Shown piece by piece: positions 1 to 13,900 of a DNA stretch of 64,000 nt. Within the stretch, counting starts at the first letter, position 1. Each line of letters starts with the position of its first letter. The stretch is taken from assembly GCA_030141605.1 (NCBI GenBank), contig JAQGDQ010000113.1, forward strand, positions 124,001 to 188,000. Reading direction: 5' to 3'. Under the pieces are notes generated by a model that worked only from the letters and a program-made list of their open reading frames with translations, was not told the origin of the DNA and did no database searches. The translations under genes and the position numbers were made by a program. The DNA is from Tubiluchus corallicola. Taxonomy: Eukaryota > Animalia > Priapulida.

Positions 1-560
1 GAAAAAACATATCAACCATATTTGCTCAAAACTTAGTAAAGTAGTTGGAATTTTCCAAAAATGTTATAAAATTTTAGATTTATCTACTTACAAGCAGCTG
101 TATTACACGTCTGCATATCCTTACTTTGATTATTGCAGCTATAGTATAGGGTAATACGTATGCAGATACCTTAGAAAGATTATTAAAAATTCAAAAAAGC
201 TCATCCGTCTAATGACGCACTAGCATTACAGAGCTCACCCTGATAATCTCTTCAAAAATTTGAAGATACTGACAATGCCCAAAGTAGTCGATATGCAAAC
301 TAACCTGTTCATGTACAAATATGATAATAATCTTTCGCTTAATATATATCACGTTTTTCCGTTATATCAGCAGTATGCGTTCATTCCAATCCATACCATG
401 ACAATTCATGACAATACCACAAATTCCATTTTCCTAAGTGCAGAACCAATGAAACATTCTGCCCTGTATGTTGGTGTTGTAATATGGAATAATTTATCCA
501 GTAAAATAAAACAAACCAGTAATTTAAATAAATTTAAAAAATTCTAAAAAAAATATTTAC
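1..560 (+). mobile_element. Degenerate 3' end of a CR1/L2-like non-LTR retrotransposon ORF2
   Basis: Frameshifted translation gives KQLYYT..YPYFDYCS, LIRLMT..HYRAHPDNLFKNLKILTMPKVVDMQTNLFMYK and YVGVVIWNNLSSKIKQTSNLNKFKK. These resemble the post-RT C-terminal region of CR1/L2-clade LINEs. Confidence 0.7.
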
Positions 561-2354
561 TAGAAAATGTGTTATTTGATAAATGATGTAAGATGTATTT
601 TTTATCATAATTATACAATTTTATCGTACTAATCAAGTTTTCATCTTTTTATCTGTACTTTCAATTTATTTGTACATTCTTGTGTGTTTACATTGTACTA
701 ACTTGTACCATGTATTCTGCACTTTAGCTGTAATTTTACTTTCTATACATTGTCGATATACATTTTAATACTTTTAATAGACATGTAAGTCTCTTGTTTG
801 TGCAACAATATAAATGTCCTTGACACCACTTCGTATAGTTTGCAAAAAATTTATATAGTCTAAATTACTTGACGTTATTCAACACTCTATGTGATTTTTC
901 GTAACGTTTGGGGTACTCTTGACAACCCTTGAAGCGCCGATCAGTAGGACCAAAACGTTTGTTTTTCAGCAGACTATTACAGGTAAATCGTTAAAACAGT
1001 ATGCACCAGTGCGAAAAAACATCATTGATTTAAAATGTAATCATTTCAAATAGAAAAACTAAAAGCGACTGCATAGGAAAAAAACACAAGCACTATTCAA
1101 TAAGTCTCGCCGGATAAAGCTAATTAAACAAAGCAAAAAGAATAAATTGACGTACCTGAATAGACTGTGATGCTAACCTGAAAACGAAGTTTACAAAATT
1201 TGAAGAATTATGATTACTGAACAAGTACATGCGTCATTGGTTAGTCATTGTGAGTGGTACATAAAGTTGAATTGTTTATGGTGTGTTACACTAAATGAAT
1301 CCCATTTGAACTTGAAGTAAAAATTAGAATCAATTAAAAATGCGTAGGTAAAAAAGATGATAATACAAAGTCTGAGTAATAATTTTGAGTAAAAATGCTA
1401 AATGCACTCAGGAACCAACAGAAATTTAGTTTGAGTCATTAACAAATAACATTAACCCCGCCTAGCTACTTTACGGTGAATAGCAACAGTTCGTCATGCT
1501 AATAAGCGAAAACGTGTAGACAGTTAGTTGTTTATCCAATTTTCAAGTAAAAATGCCACAGTTTATTAGTCATAAATTTATCAACTATACTAAATATTTT
1601 TTTATTTAGAGGATTTTTTAAAGGTTTATCAGCGGACCCATTGATAAGCTTTCTTAACTTCATTATAAATTTTTATATTAGTCATGGGGTAAAGGGAACA
1701 ACACAGTGCCTAACTACACAAGTTAATCAACGCCAGGTATAGGTCTGCCATACTGCGGCTACCTATTTGCGCTAAAAAGGGATGATTCGAGTACTTCAGT
1801 ATGTTGCAAAGATATCTCTGCCAACTCATTGCCTCATGTCAAAGGATACACCATAGTCGGAAAAGTCCCGCTTCTGCCACCACCATCTATTTTAACTAGG
1901 TCTCCCGTTGAGCGCTGAATGCCACCTTTCAGGCAATAATTGTGCTTTCAGTAGTTAGTAATTATAACTATGCTTGCCATGGGAATACTGCAAGAGTGAA
2001 TTTCTGGCTTAGTATAGATTTAAGCTGTTTATTGTCCTACATTTTACAATATCGCTGGGATCCATTATTGAGATTGCGTCAGACCATTTTAGCTGCAGTC
2101 TAATCGTTTCTCTCTATTTATTGTAATAATAAAGAATCACTTGGGACGTCGAAGTTTCGATGATCAATATTTGTGAATCGCTTTTCATATTGCATTTCAT
2201 GATGTACGTCACAAAAATATGATTGTTCAAATTGTAGCATTGCTAGAATGGCAAACTAAGAGCCAGGATGTTGCTGTCTCAGCCTTTACTTGACATGCTC
2301 ATAAATACTGACTAAAAGTACATTTTTTAAAACTTTTTTCTAATAACCAGTATC

Positions 2355-2560
2355 GTGGTAGTATACTCCTTTTTCTCATTATCAGCCGCTCTGTCATTAT
2401 TATCATCATTATCACTATTTTTCGCCATTACCAACATCAACAGTGTTGCAATCATCATCATCGTCATTTTTGCTGACATCATCGTTGCTGTTCTCGTCAC
2501 TATCGTCAGCACCACAGTTTGCATCACCATTATCATTCTTGCCATTGTCATCACTCATAA
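2355..2560. repeat. Degenerate (CAT/TCA)n low-complexity tract
   Basis: Runs such as tcattattatcatcattatcact and atcatcatcatcgtcatt. They explain the overlapping low-complexity ORFs on both strands. Confidence 0.6.
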
Positions 2561-3642
2561 AGCCACTTTAACCTCCCACACTTCCTCCTTCAATGAGGTA
2601 AACAGCCATAATCAGTATGGCAAATAAACTGCCCAAGGTAAGTATTAGGACCCAGGAGGCCATGGATATTCACTGACCAACATCGTGTGGCCTAACTTTA
2701 GTAGCATACATGTACTCTTTATAATTTATTATCAACTGGTTTTACAAGGTGGTTCTGTTCAATTGCTTGGTATATTTTTGATTGTTTAGATAAGAACTGC
2801 AGAGAACTTGGCAATTACTATTAGTTTCTACCTTTTGCTTTTTTATGCGTCTTTAATTCTTTAGTCTTAGTGTGGTTCAGTATTCGCAAGACAGTTTCTA
2901 GTTGTTTTTTGTTTTGTAAAATTTCTGCAGTTTTAAAGTTTATCTGTATGAGAACATTTAGTTTTTTTGTAGAATTATTTTTTCAGCCTGCAAAATTTAA
3001 ATTTAAATTTTGGTTTTAACCTCTAGCGGTTAATCATTTGCCAATATTAATAGTGTTCTGTGAAAGTGAACGCGCAGTAGCTTAATTAATTTTAAAGAAA
3101 AAAACCAAGCCTTCTAAAAAGTTAGGCTTATTTGAAATGTTCACGAAAATAGAAAGTTTCAGCAATGAAGGTCTGATATGCGCCAATAACATCATTGTTT
3201 GATGAAGGAAAGCAAAGGACTATTAATAATAATTTCTGTCAAAGATATCATAAGTTTTTACCAGGCTAATTTATGATACTTCTGTGTGAACATTACTGAG
3301 ATAAATTACATGACAAAATATGAATTAGTATAAAAGTGGCTTGCGCTTACTAAAAGCCAAGAAATCAACAGTTATAATTCCCAAATGAACGGCGCTTAGC
3401 ACATCGCACCTGAAAAATTGTATATCGGCCGGATGATAAAAGCGGTAGTATAAGTTAACTTTGTGCTCTTTATAGACAGCGTTTTGCAAATTTGTTTGTT
3501 ATATTTTCTAAGTTTGGGTGATAACAGTAAAATAAACATAACATACGAGGGTGGATTATCTCATAGGCTAGTATGGGCTACAGCTTATGGCCCTTCAAGT
3601 TTTGTTAGCATGTGGTAAAAGATCTGTTTTTTGCTGCGTTTG

Positions 3643-3977
3643 TGTTGTGGAGATCCACTAGAATTAAATAGAATATTGTAGAAAGTTCTATAGTAGAACA
3701 ACCTTCTTACCTTGTAGAAGTTTCTATTTCTAGGTTATTCCCTGGCACTGATATATAAGGCTATCAGCAGGCCGCTGCAGATTATTCTCTCACATTCTCT
3801 TGTATCCTCGTATTCTCAGATACACTTTCACGTTTCCAGATTATCACATTTACTGTAAACATTTCGCGTTCCTTCATACTTTTGTGTTGTAGAATTCTCC
3901 TATAATAAACTAGTTTAATTTGACGACGTGTTTTTTGGTTTTCTCTACGAGCCTTCCGAGATTAACAAAACACAACA
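3643..3977 (+). mobile_element. Solo LTR (335 bp, 5-bp TSD; BEL/Pao- or Copia-like)
   Basis: Begins TGTTGTG and ends CACAACA (perfect 7-bp inverted termini, TG...CA). Flanked by the direct repeat GTTTG at 3638-3642 and 3978-3982. Contains TATATAA at 3752 and AATAAA at 3904. Confidence 0.85.
3661..3760 (+). promoter_or_regulatory. Heat-shock-element-like nGAAn arrays plus TATA box within the solo LTR
   Basis: GAA at 3661, 3671 and 3681 with TTG at 3676 and TTC at 3686 (5-bp alternating phase). A second array has TTG 3712, GAA 3717 and TTC 3722. TATATAA follows at 3752. Confidence 0.5.
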
Positions 3978-4977
3978 GTTTGTGTTGAAACATGTGCTAA
4001 TTTGGTTTGCAAATGTGGTTAAAAATATCTTTATAAACAAACAAAATATTTTTATTGCCAAAACTAGATAGATTCTAGTTTATTTAAATAGTCTGGAATA
4101 TATTTACATCAAGCTATGTAAATGTCGGTAAAATACAATAATTATCAGAAGTAAACAATATTGAGGTGCCCCATAATTTCATTAGCTAGAGGCCCCATAA
4201 TGTCACAATCCGACATGCTTTCCCTATTACACTTCAACCGCTTACGATACAGAATGGCTCGTTAAGGTTAACAAGTGTGAGGCAATGCGTCGGACATTTC
4301 TGTACATTACATGCTAGTAAACAACACATGGGAAATGGGTATGGGAATTATGATATATCGAGTTTTGACAAATCTCCAACTCTGATTTTGAATCTGTTGT
4401 TAATGTGTACATTTATGTTTATGAAGCAACAAGCCACTTAAGTGTAGGTATCCATTCATTTCACACGCCTATTAATTCTGAAATTTCAAGAGTTTTTATT
4501 ACTAAATTTAAGATGCAGTCTATATCACTTTCTGTGCTCTATTCTAGCAAGCCTACACTTTGTTTGTATTTTTTCATTTCAGTGTATTCAATGGAGACAA
4601 TCGTCTATGGCTGTATGTAAGATTGATACATACGTATACTCTCAAGTGAGTCCTGCTTCTTGTTCATTTACACTCATCAGTTTCACAATAAGTTATTGCT
4701 TGCCTTGTTCAGGAACGAAAAAAGAAGATTTTCTTCAAAAGTGCTTGGCATTGGATGGGAATTATTTAACTGCTGCAGCTAACGTTCATAATTTATGAAT
4801 TGAATTTGGCATATTTCAGTGATCTTAATCAGGCAGCAAGCTGTACGTGTATACTGTGATCTTTAAAAAATATGTTGTTCAAAGTCACAACCATGAGCTA
4901 AGAGCTGGATATTTCACATAGACAATAGGTGAAATTCTAGCTTCAAGTCGCCTATAACATACTAGAAGAAACTTAAA

Positions 4978-7900
4978 ATGGCAGGCTTTTTATTCATTAT
5001 TTACGTTCAAGTTCCAGACAGTTTGCAGTGCCGTGAAGAGCTTGATGAAAAAGAAGATGAAAAAATGCAGCTAAATAAAAATAAGCGTTTCTCTGTTGAA
5101 CCTAATGCATCACTGGCAGAAGTGAAAACTCACTTAGAGTGCCCCAGCTGTGCAAGTGTGAGATCACTGAAAAGTATCACTTCTACTGATAATGAAGTTA
5201 TTGAAGTAGATAAAACTGAACAGGATCTCAGCAACACCTATATATCTGTTTCAAAAAATATAGATACTTCGAGAAATTGTGGTGATTGTGCTAATAGTGA
5301 ATGCTCACCAAAGATTAGCCAAAATGATTGTAAAGTGAATGAAACAGGTGATCATGTGTCTGAAGACAGTAAACTTGTTGTGAGTGGATCGGAAAAGAGA
5401 AAACGTGGTGAAGGTACCGATGATTCTGGTTCTGTGATACAAGCATCTGGTTATGAGTCCGATAGTGAACCTAGTATTGCCGGTAACAGTTCTTTGGAAA
5501 GACTCACAAATGAAAGTGATCTTCCCCAAGACATCATGGGTGCACAGTCAGAAAAGCAAAATGGCCTGATTGATTTTACAGAAGAATTACCATTAGCAAT
5601 AGTAAGAAATGTTTTATGCCTGTTGTCTCATTGTAAAATTGTCATTTTGTTTTGCCATTGTCTTTGTGCTGTTTTAATGTTTTTACTGTGAGATACTTTA
5701 TTGAAAGTCTGCTATCTAAGTATAATTAAATTCTAAAAAAATAAATGTGCATTTAGATCTCTTGCTAGCTTTTGCCATTATTGAAAACTTGGATTAGCAT
5801 TTCATTTAACAGCATTTCCATAGAATTCACTGAGTAATCATTCAAACTAAAAGAGGTAACTACTTTCTCAAACTGACGTCAAACATGTAGTTGCATTGTA
5901 GTTACTTTTACGACCACAAATTGTGACTAAATGTGACCTCAGTTCTGCTGTACTAAGTTGACTGCTGACTAATCTAATACTGTCATTTGAATTTACTTTT
6001 ATGTAGTTTATTTATTATTATAATACTTATGGTGTTATATTTTAGTTGGTAAAACGATGTTTGGCAGCATATGATGTTGTTAATTGCGCATGGATAAAAA
6101 CTCATAACAGAAACAGCTACCAGGTAAGTCAAAGTATATGGCTTAGCTCAACTGGACTTGAAGGTCAACAAACTGTTCATACTTATATTGCATAAAATTT
6201 TTTGGTGACCAGATAAGGAATTTTTCTTGTGTATTGGCTCACAAAGGAATTTATATAGCCAGTACATAGTCTAAATGGGTGCATAAGTGGAAGTGGTTTA
6301 AGCTTTGAAAGGTGCGAAACAGACTAAAAGGACTGGAGACAAAACATGGTCCTGTATAAACTCAACGGTTGGTCAGCTGGATTAATTTCTTGGAGAGGCT
6401 TGTTCTTTCCAGTTACAGAAATTTTTTAATAGATAGTTATCTCATACACATGTGCTGCCATCTATCATGCAATTAGAGGGTTAATACATCACTACTATCC
6501 TTGATTGCCACATGGTTTTGTTGGGGCAAAAAGTGTACAAAAAAACTGGCAAAAATCCGAGTCATCACGCGGGCACACCTCACGATCAGAATTAAACAAT
6601 GCTTAGACAGATGTATCTGCTCAGTAGCTACCTATTTTGATACTCTGCTTTTGGTATTTACCTCTTGGGAAGGAGATATATACATACTAAGAGACCTCTT
6701 ATGGTTCAGTGGCTGATCATAGAAAGATTTATCTATGTTTTTGAGCATTTATTAAGTATATTAAATTCTTTTGTTTTCATTTTTAATTTCGCTTTGTTGT
6801 TTTTATTTATTTGCCTATGGTGATCATAGTACAAGTTCTGTAATTATATTTATGCTTTTATTCAAATTTTTTGAATAACATAGAAACAATTGCATTTTTT
6901 GCAGGTTACCTTTATTGTGAAAACTGTGAAACAGTGTGAATTTTTATTAAATAAACTAACAAATCTCGGGGTTGGCAAAACAGAGAACTCAAGCATCTGG
7001 CAAGTGTTTTACATCATGCTGTGCTCTTCCTATTTGCTCATTTGTAATTAAAAAAAATTGTGCATGCTCTGACAAAATGTTGTCTATCTGAATAGTCAGT
7101 ACTGGTATGTATATGTTTTATTAATTGTATCCTGTATGAGTTTTGTAGTTTTTTCCAATCGCACCTAACATTTACGTGGCACTTAACCCCTAAGTAACGA
7201 GGATTTATTGGCTTCCAATTGATGTAGTCAAATTGTATCGACTGAATATTTTGAATATTTAAATCCAGTTTTAATCGACTTCATTGACAACTGGGAATAA
7301 AGATACCATCGTGTCTTTGATACTGAGTAAAATATTGTTTGGGTGTTCTCATTTTAAAAATGTAGTTTTTTATAGTTTGGCACAGCTGTCGTAAGCTAGA
7401 ATTCATCTTTTAACAGCAGAACCAACTCAAATGAAACCTGAGCTAGGCTCATTATCAAGGACATCCTTGTAAGATGAGCTACTGAACTGTCATAATTTCT
7501 TTGTTACTGTCCAGTTCAGGGAGTATCCACTAAGATAACGTGTTTCCGAAGTTCATTAATAGTGTAGTTTGAAGGTCAAGCATGTAGCTGTCTCCGTATC
7601 TGTGAATGCGAAGGCTGTGATGTAGTGACACTATCACACGTGATTTTGACTGTTGGATGTCTTTTTGAACTCACAGATCACACAGTTGCAGTAAACAATT
7701 TAGTATTTATTTCTATAAGCATCAACTTTCTTGTTTTTCTTACAGTGGCAAATTTGATGAACATTCTTTACTGATACATTTAAAAAAAGACTTCTGAGGT
7801 TCTTAGCTGTCCGTTTTGTTACCTTAAGTGATACTTAACCCTCACTATAATATTATCTTTTACAACTTAAAATTCTACTCGCATCACAATTTATTTTATT

Positions 7901-10900
7901 ATAAATTTACTGTAAAACGTATTTCTTTATCGCTTTGTTGCTAGCAGTATTAAATGTAAAGAACTGTCAGTTTTCGTTGCCTGAGACGAATGACGCAATA
8001 AGTATACTAATGAGGTCCCCAAAGATCGCCACACAAACATCGATAACCAACTATGCTTTCTGTACCTCATGCATTATTCTCACTTACTCGCACCAATGAT
8101 GCGAATGTGGCAATGCACACAGTCGAAATTCCCCAGAAAAAGTTATTTAATTTACAAATTTCTTTTGTTTAATAATGACTATGAATTCTTTGTGTAATCA
8201 TAATAATGCATTAAAAAAACTACTGTCAGTTGGGGTTATATAGGCCTTTAATTGTAAGTTTTTACGATTGGTTTTAGCTGCAGATATACTGACTTTACTG
8301 ATGTACTGTCTTTAAATGACTTTCTGTCATTTGAAAATTTCTCCTGTCTTTGAGCTGACTTATTTGAGCAAAATTGAGTTAATTTTGCAGCTCCATATCC
8401 AGCGTTCAATTTTGCATGAATATTAGTTCTTACCTTCGTTATGCATATTAAATTGCAGTTCGAATGATTTTTTTCCAGCATTGTTCCATGTAGTATTAGT
8501 TATGGATTAACCGAGAAAGATGTCGTTGGAGAAATAGAGTACAACACTGAGTCAGATAGTGAGTACGTATATAATATGCATGAAATGTCACATGGTAAAT
8601 ACCGCAAAAATAAATAATTGCCACTACATTTGTGTGATTGCACAGCACAAACATCTGGAATTTGGCAGTTAAGCTTTTCTAGTTATTTACATATCCCAAA
8701 TCTCTATTTTGTGAGAATCACTTTGATAACAAGTTCATATCTCTACGTTGTTTCTAAGTTGTGATAATCCATGTTGAAGTTTGAGTGCACGTGGCATACT
8801 GAAAAACATAACCTTCTGAAAATCGCTGTTAGTATTAGCCATTGTTTTTTGTCATGTTTCACGAAAACACGAAAAAGGAAGGCAAGAAAAATGGCCTCTC
8901 CCGTGAACCGCTATTGGAGTTTGAAGTACAAGCTTTTCGGGTTTGTAATACTAATTTTCAGACAAGGAACACGGCAAGGGGTTAAAAATTCAATTTTCGG
9001 TATTTTTGAAACAATTCCCTGACAATTTGATGCTAGATAATAAAAGCCCAATGTGTTTGGCATTTTTTTGTAAAAAATGCAGAAAAATGATATTCAACCC
9101 AATTTTTCGTTGAATATCATTTTTTAACTGATCAATAATTTACTATCAATTCGCTGATCAATCACTTTCAAGGGCTAAAGTACTTTTTTATACAATATTC
9201 CATTGTATATAATGGAAGTTGGGATCTACTATTGTGGCAGGACCAGAGCATAGCTCTTTGTCAATAACAGTCCTCTGAGATGAAACACTGGTGCAGCAGA
9301 CTTGTTTCAAATCCATTCTAAGTGAATGAGGTAATTACGAACATGCAGTAAATTGGTCCGAAGAAATATTAAACCTGGAGTCACCCATCCATTTTAAACC
9401 AAGCTTATCATTGCTTAATTTTGGTTGCTAAGCACCCACACTTAATACTCATCTACCCACCTTGCTGCCTTTGAGGAAGTAATGATAAGTTACGCTAACA
9501 GCAGTTTTATTTTTGCCCGTGTCACTGGCTGCTAATTACTTAGTTATTAGATGATAGTAACATTTGATTAAGCTATTTTCTGGATAAGATGTGAAGAAAC
9601 CTGTTTTTGTTAATGTTATTAGTTAAAATGTATTTGCTTATTTTTTTTAGAGATGATTTAGATCGGGCACTTAGCAAGAAGAATTTCCTGAGATCAATAA
9701 AGTCTCGACTGACGGTTGCAGAGGTAAAAATAATATTTTTAATGAGTTTACTTTGTTGTTGTTGGTATCATTCAGCTTGAAAAACAAATGGCTTAATTGT
9801 CGACCTCACCACTGAGTGGTCACAGTATACTGTTAGCAGTCTGAGTTAAGCAACACCACACCTGTTCAGCAAAAATGTGTGACTACAAAAACTGCTTCTA
9901 GGCAGTTTCTTCTGCATCACTGTCTCAGCTATTTATTCTTTTTTTTTGGAGTAAGATAGGCTAAGATAGTGCTATTGATCTGATCCTACAGGTTTATTTT
10001 TGTTCATAAACAGCTGAGATCTGACCACAGCCATCTGCTTTAAATAAGCCCTATCCGAGAGTAAAGATTTGAGTCGTAACCCGTATTCGAGTAGCAGGTT
10101 TTTCTTAGAACTTACATTCTTACTCGATGGACGTGTGGTCGTTAGAGCATGCAGACTTGCTTCTCATAGCAAGATAGTGACAGCAAAATTATGATAGTCA
10201 TGCTAAGAGTTGTGTTAAGCCCGTTTTGAAATGTCTCTATTTGTGATATTTAGCTTTTGTTACACGGCATCCCTATCTATAGCATATAATAATAATGCTA
10301 TTGACTATCTTCGTTTTCCTGCAGTACTTTACCAGATGAGGTACTTGGACGTGGACTCTTGAATGGTAGATTTTGATTTGAACTTGGTCTTCAAGATCCC
10401 TGGACTTACCTAAATCTTCGCCTTCATCTTACCAATACTTCACCTACTGGCCCAGCTTGAAAAGTGAAAAATGGATGAACTGATTGGAGCATCAAGATGT
10501 TGAGATATTGCTCCTATCAAAGCTTACTTACATTAATGCTATAATTATGTAACTTAATCCTTCAGTCCTACTGAGTTTTGTTTACATTGCACATTATAAG
10601 AGCCAAACTGATTAAAATGCTGATCTTGCCTGTTTCCATGTTGGTTGCTGTCACATACATTATAGGCATTAGTGGTTCAACTTGTAAAGCTACATAAATA
10701 ATTCATGTCTTAAGACGGCCGGCTGAAATTTCTTGTAAATGTAGAGCAATGAGTGTAACCTTTACATCTTGCCTTTTGTGTGTGATCTGTGACTGTAGAT
10801 CAATGGTCTAGATGTGGCTTAATTTGTTATGCAGGATAGAGTGCTTTATAATTGGTATTATGCGCTTTAACTGTCAGGCGTAGCTATTTTCGAGATGCCT

Positions 10901-13900
10901 TATTATTAATAGATTCGGCATCATGATTCTCAAACTTATGGTCGCAGCCAAACTTGGGTTGCAAGCAGGGCTGGATACCCTGTGGACTAGTATAGACTGA
11001 TGCTTAGGGCCTGTCAAGCTTGGGATCACATACTTTGCATTGCTGAATAACTCATAGTTGAAATAATATTTCAACTTTAAAAAAGGTGGCTAGGAAATCT
11101 GAAAATCCAATTTTGAAATGGCTTCTCATTTGAGATAAAGGGTTTCTCTTTGAGGCCGTTATTTGAGATAAAGCCGTTTGTTTGAAATATGGGGCCCCAG
11201 CTATTGCTGAAATATATCACAAGTGAAAATATTCGAGCTGAGTGCGAGCAAATTAGGGGCAGCTCCATCTGAGGGGTTCCGTAACTTCAATATCTTAGGA
11301 GTCCGAAAATGTCACAAGCCAGCCTTGGTTGCGGGTTTGTCCAAATAGCATTTTTAACTGTTGGAAGCTCGCCTGCACCTTTTTGACAAGGTGTAAATGA
11401 ATCAAGAATGTCCCTGGAACTAATGACTGGGTTTATTATTCGCATCCCACTAAAGTACCTGCAAAACGGTGATAGTTCGATATCACAAAATAGTTAAACC
11501 TTTTCTTAATTGTGAGGTGATTAAATTCATTTTGGGTCTATGACAATTTATAATCAATGAATTTGGATTTCAGCCATGAGTCTAAAGGTAACTTCTAGGC
11601 GGTCATAGCAGGACAACTTGTTCCAAGTTTGATAGTGTTAGGTTTACCTCAGTAGTAACTGATAATCTTAAAATCAAAATTGTGCATAGTTAATCATACC
11701 AGTGATGTTTAAATGCAGAAAGCTAGGTAACAGCTTACGCCGGAGATGTCTGGAATACGTATGTTCAAATTGAAAACCTGAGTAGGTTCTTTAGATTGTC
11801 AGGGAGGCTGTAGTGCGTCGTGGCAAGTCGCTAAGCCTAGGTAACATGTTTACGTCTTTCAAATTTTAAATTTCTGAAATATTTTTTGTGCAATTATCAG
11901 GCTTAGAATAAAAAAACAGCCTCATGCTATCATTTCGAACTAGATTTTCTTATGGGTTCATCTGTACAAGCTGAGAATGTTTAACCTGAATATGATCTTC
12001 GATCTTAGAAAAATCTGGTGATTCCTTCATTCTTTCACTTGTTCTCTCTGCCTGTCACACTTTTTTCAACCCGATAAGCATTTATTCAATTGAGTAAAAA
12101 TTAGCAGATCGATTAGCTAGGATGTCCTTGGTTCAAATCAAAAAAATCGTGGCAATCCCTTAGTTAGTTAGTTAATTAATAAGTACTGTTTAATTAATTC
12201 GTTTTTTAAGCAGATTAAATGGAAAATAATGGAGAGCAGAAGTGTATGATACCAAATGGTCTACCTCACTTTTACCTCACAGGTTCACCTACCGTCTACC
12301 AAAAATATCCCCGAAGTCCCATTTAATGTAAGTTGCTTAAATTTGTTTTTGCAATTTGCACAAACGTTTCACGATTAATTTTATTTACAGGTGGTTGAAA
12401 GTGTTCGAGCACAAGCAAGTGTCACTTTTGACTACATCATGTTGATTATACTAGCCAGGTGAATTAATTAAACATCGTAATCTGGACTGAACATGCTGTT
12501 ATTCATTAAAGATAAAGTTTTGTGAATTAAGGCTTGTAAAATTAATTATTTTACTATCTTTTTGAACTGCTTGATATAATTTATTATTAAAAAAATAAGA
12601 AGCGTGATATTACCACACGATTATGGAAAACTTCTTCGGTGTCTCAGGCACATGCCATTGCTGTTACAATAATTTAAAATAGCCGTTTTTTGTTTACTTA
12701 ATTGTTATGTCCTGAGATTTACCAACTGCTTGTGGGGTCTTAGAGAAACGGTGGTCGTCTTCATAACTGTTTGTAGTGTGCTGAAGTGCTACAGTTCTTG
12801 TACTATCGACCATAGCATAAGATTTACTAGGTCTGCAAAGTAGGGTTCCCAAATTATTTTTCATCATACCAGAGCACACTATTTTAGAGAAGTAGGATGT
12901 CATATACTAAATAAAATAAAATGGCTTCGTCTCTTTATAATTTTTTCTAAAAAGTTTTTGGTAAACGTGTTTATGGTCCTTTTCAAGAAGTCTTTTCTTA
13001 GCTTCGTTGTACGCATGGTCAGAGGTTAAGTGTACCACAGTGACATGTCTTAACTACAATCGTTACATGACGTGTGTGAAGCAAAGCCGTTTGCCGCATC
13101 AGTTCAGTAACTTCAGTTGTTTTACATGGACTTTACTTAATTATGCCTTGGTCTGTGCATAATTCTCTAGTGATTTTCTAGCAGGATCTTACTTGGGAAG
13201 AAGAAAAAATGGAAAGGTTCTAACTAGCTGTTAAAACTGTGGCTATCGCAATAGCATAGGCTGAGAGGCATTGTTCAGCATACATAAATGCATTGTCTGG
13301 TACACTTAACCATGACCTTTTCATAATCATCATCAGTGCCTGGAACTTGGAAAAGGCTTATTATCTTTGTTATGATTTCATTACTAAACTTGCATGCATA
13401 GCGGTTAACCTTAGACTTGCCATTAATTTCAGCAGCCAGTACATTGCTAAATGTGGAAAACTATCTTTGTGGAAAATACATTCACAGAATCCTGCTTCAT
13501 TAAGGGTTATTTCGGCTAAATAAAATTATGAAATCTTTAAGTTGCTAGCACGGGAGTTGAGGTCACCACTTTTTATTGTTTTTACAGCCTCATAGCAGCA
13601 GCAGGGCTAGTAGAAAATAGCGCTGTGGTTCTAGTAGCCAGCATGCTTGTTTCACCTCTCATGGTAAGCTGGTTTCTTAATTGTTGCCTCTTCACTTTCT
13701 TAATTAACTTTAATTCAGAATTGGAAGCTTGCATGTGACTAACTACATTTATTAGCATGTCTAGTTTATTAGTTTGTTTACTACGGCATGTGTTATGCCA
13801 TTTTGTGCCTGTTTTTTAATTTTGTTTATTTTTTGTCTGTCTTCCTCATCACCTAATAGACTTACTTTCCTACTTTTACCTTCCAATGACCATTTTGGGG

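Larger units (their letters stand above)
3549..4217. mobile_element. Degenerate non-autonomous DNA element (MITE-like) hosting the solo LTR
   Basis: Imperfect inverted ends (gggtggatt ... aatccgac) with subterminal GGCCC-containing motifs (agcttatggccc, agctagaggcccc). Confidence 0.35.

Noticed and set aside
2140-2195. Penelope-type hammerhead ribozyme (also near 905-960 and 39270-39290)
   Set aside because: Only partial cores are present; CUGANGA and GAAA are not both intact with supporting stems.
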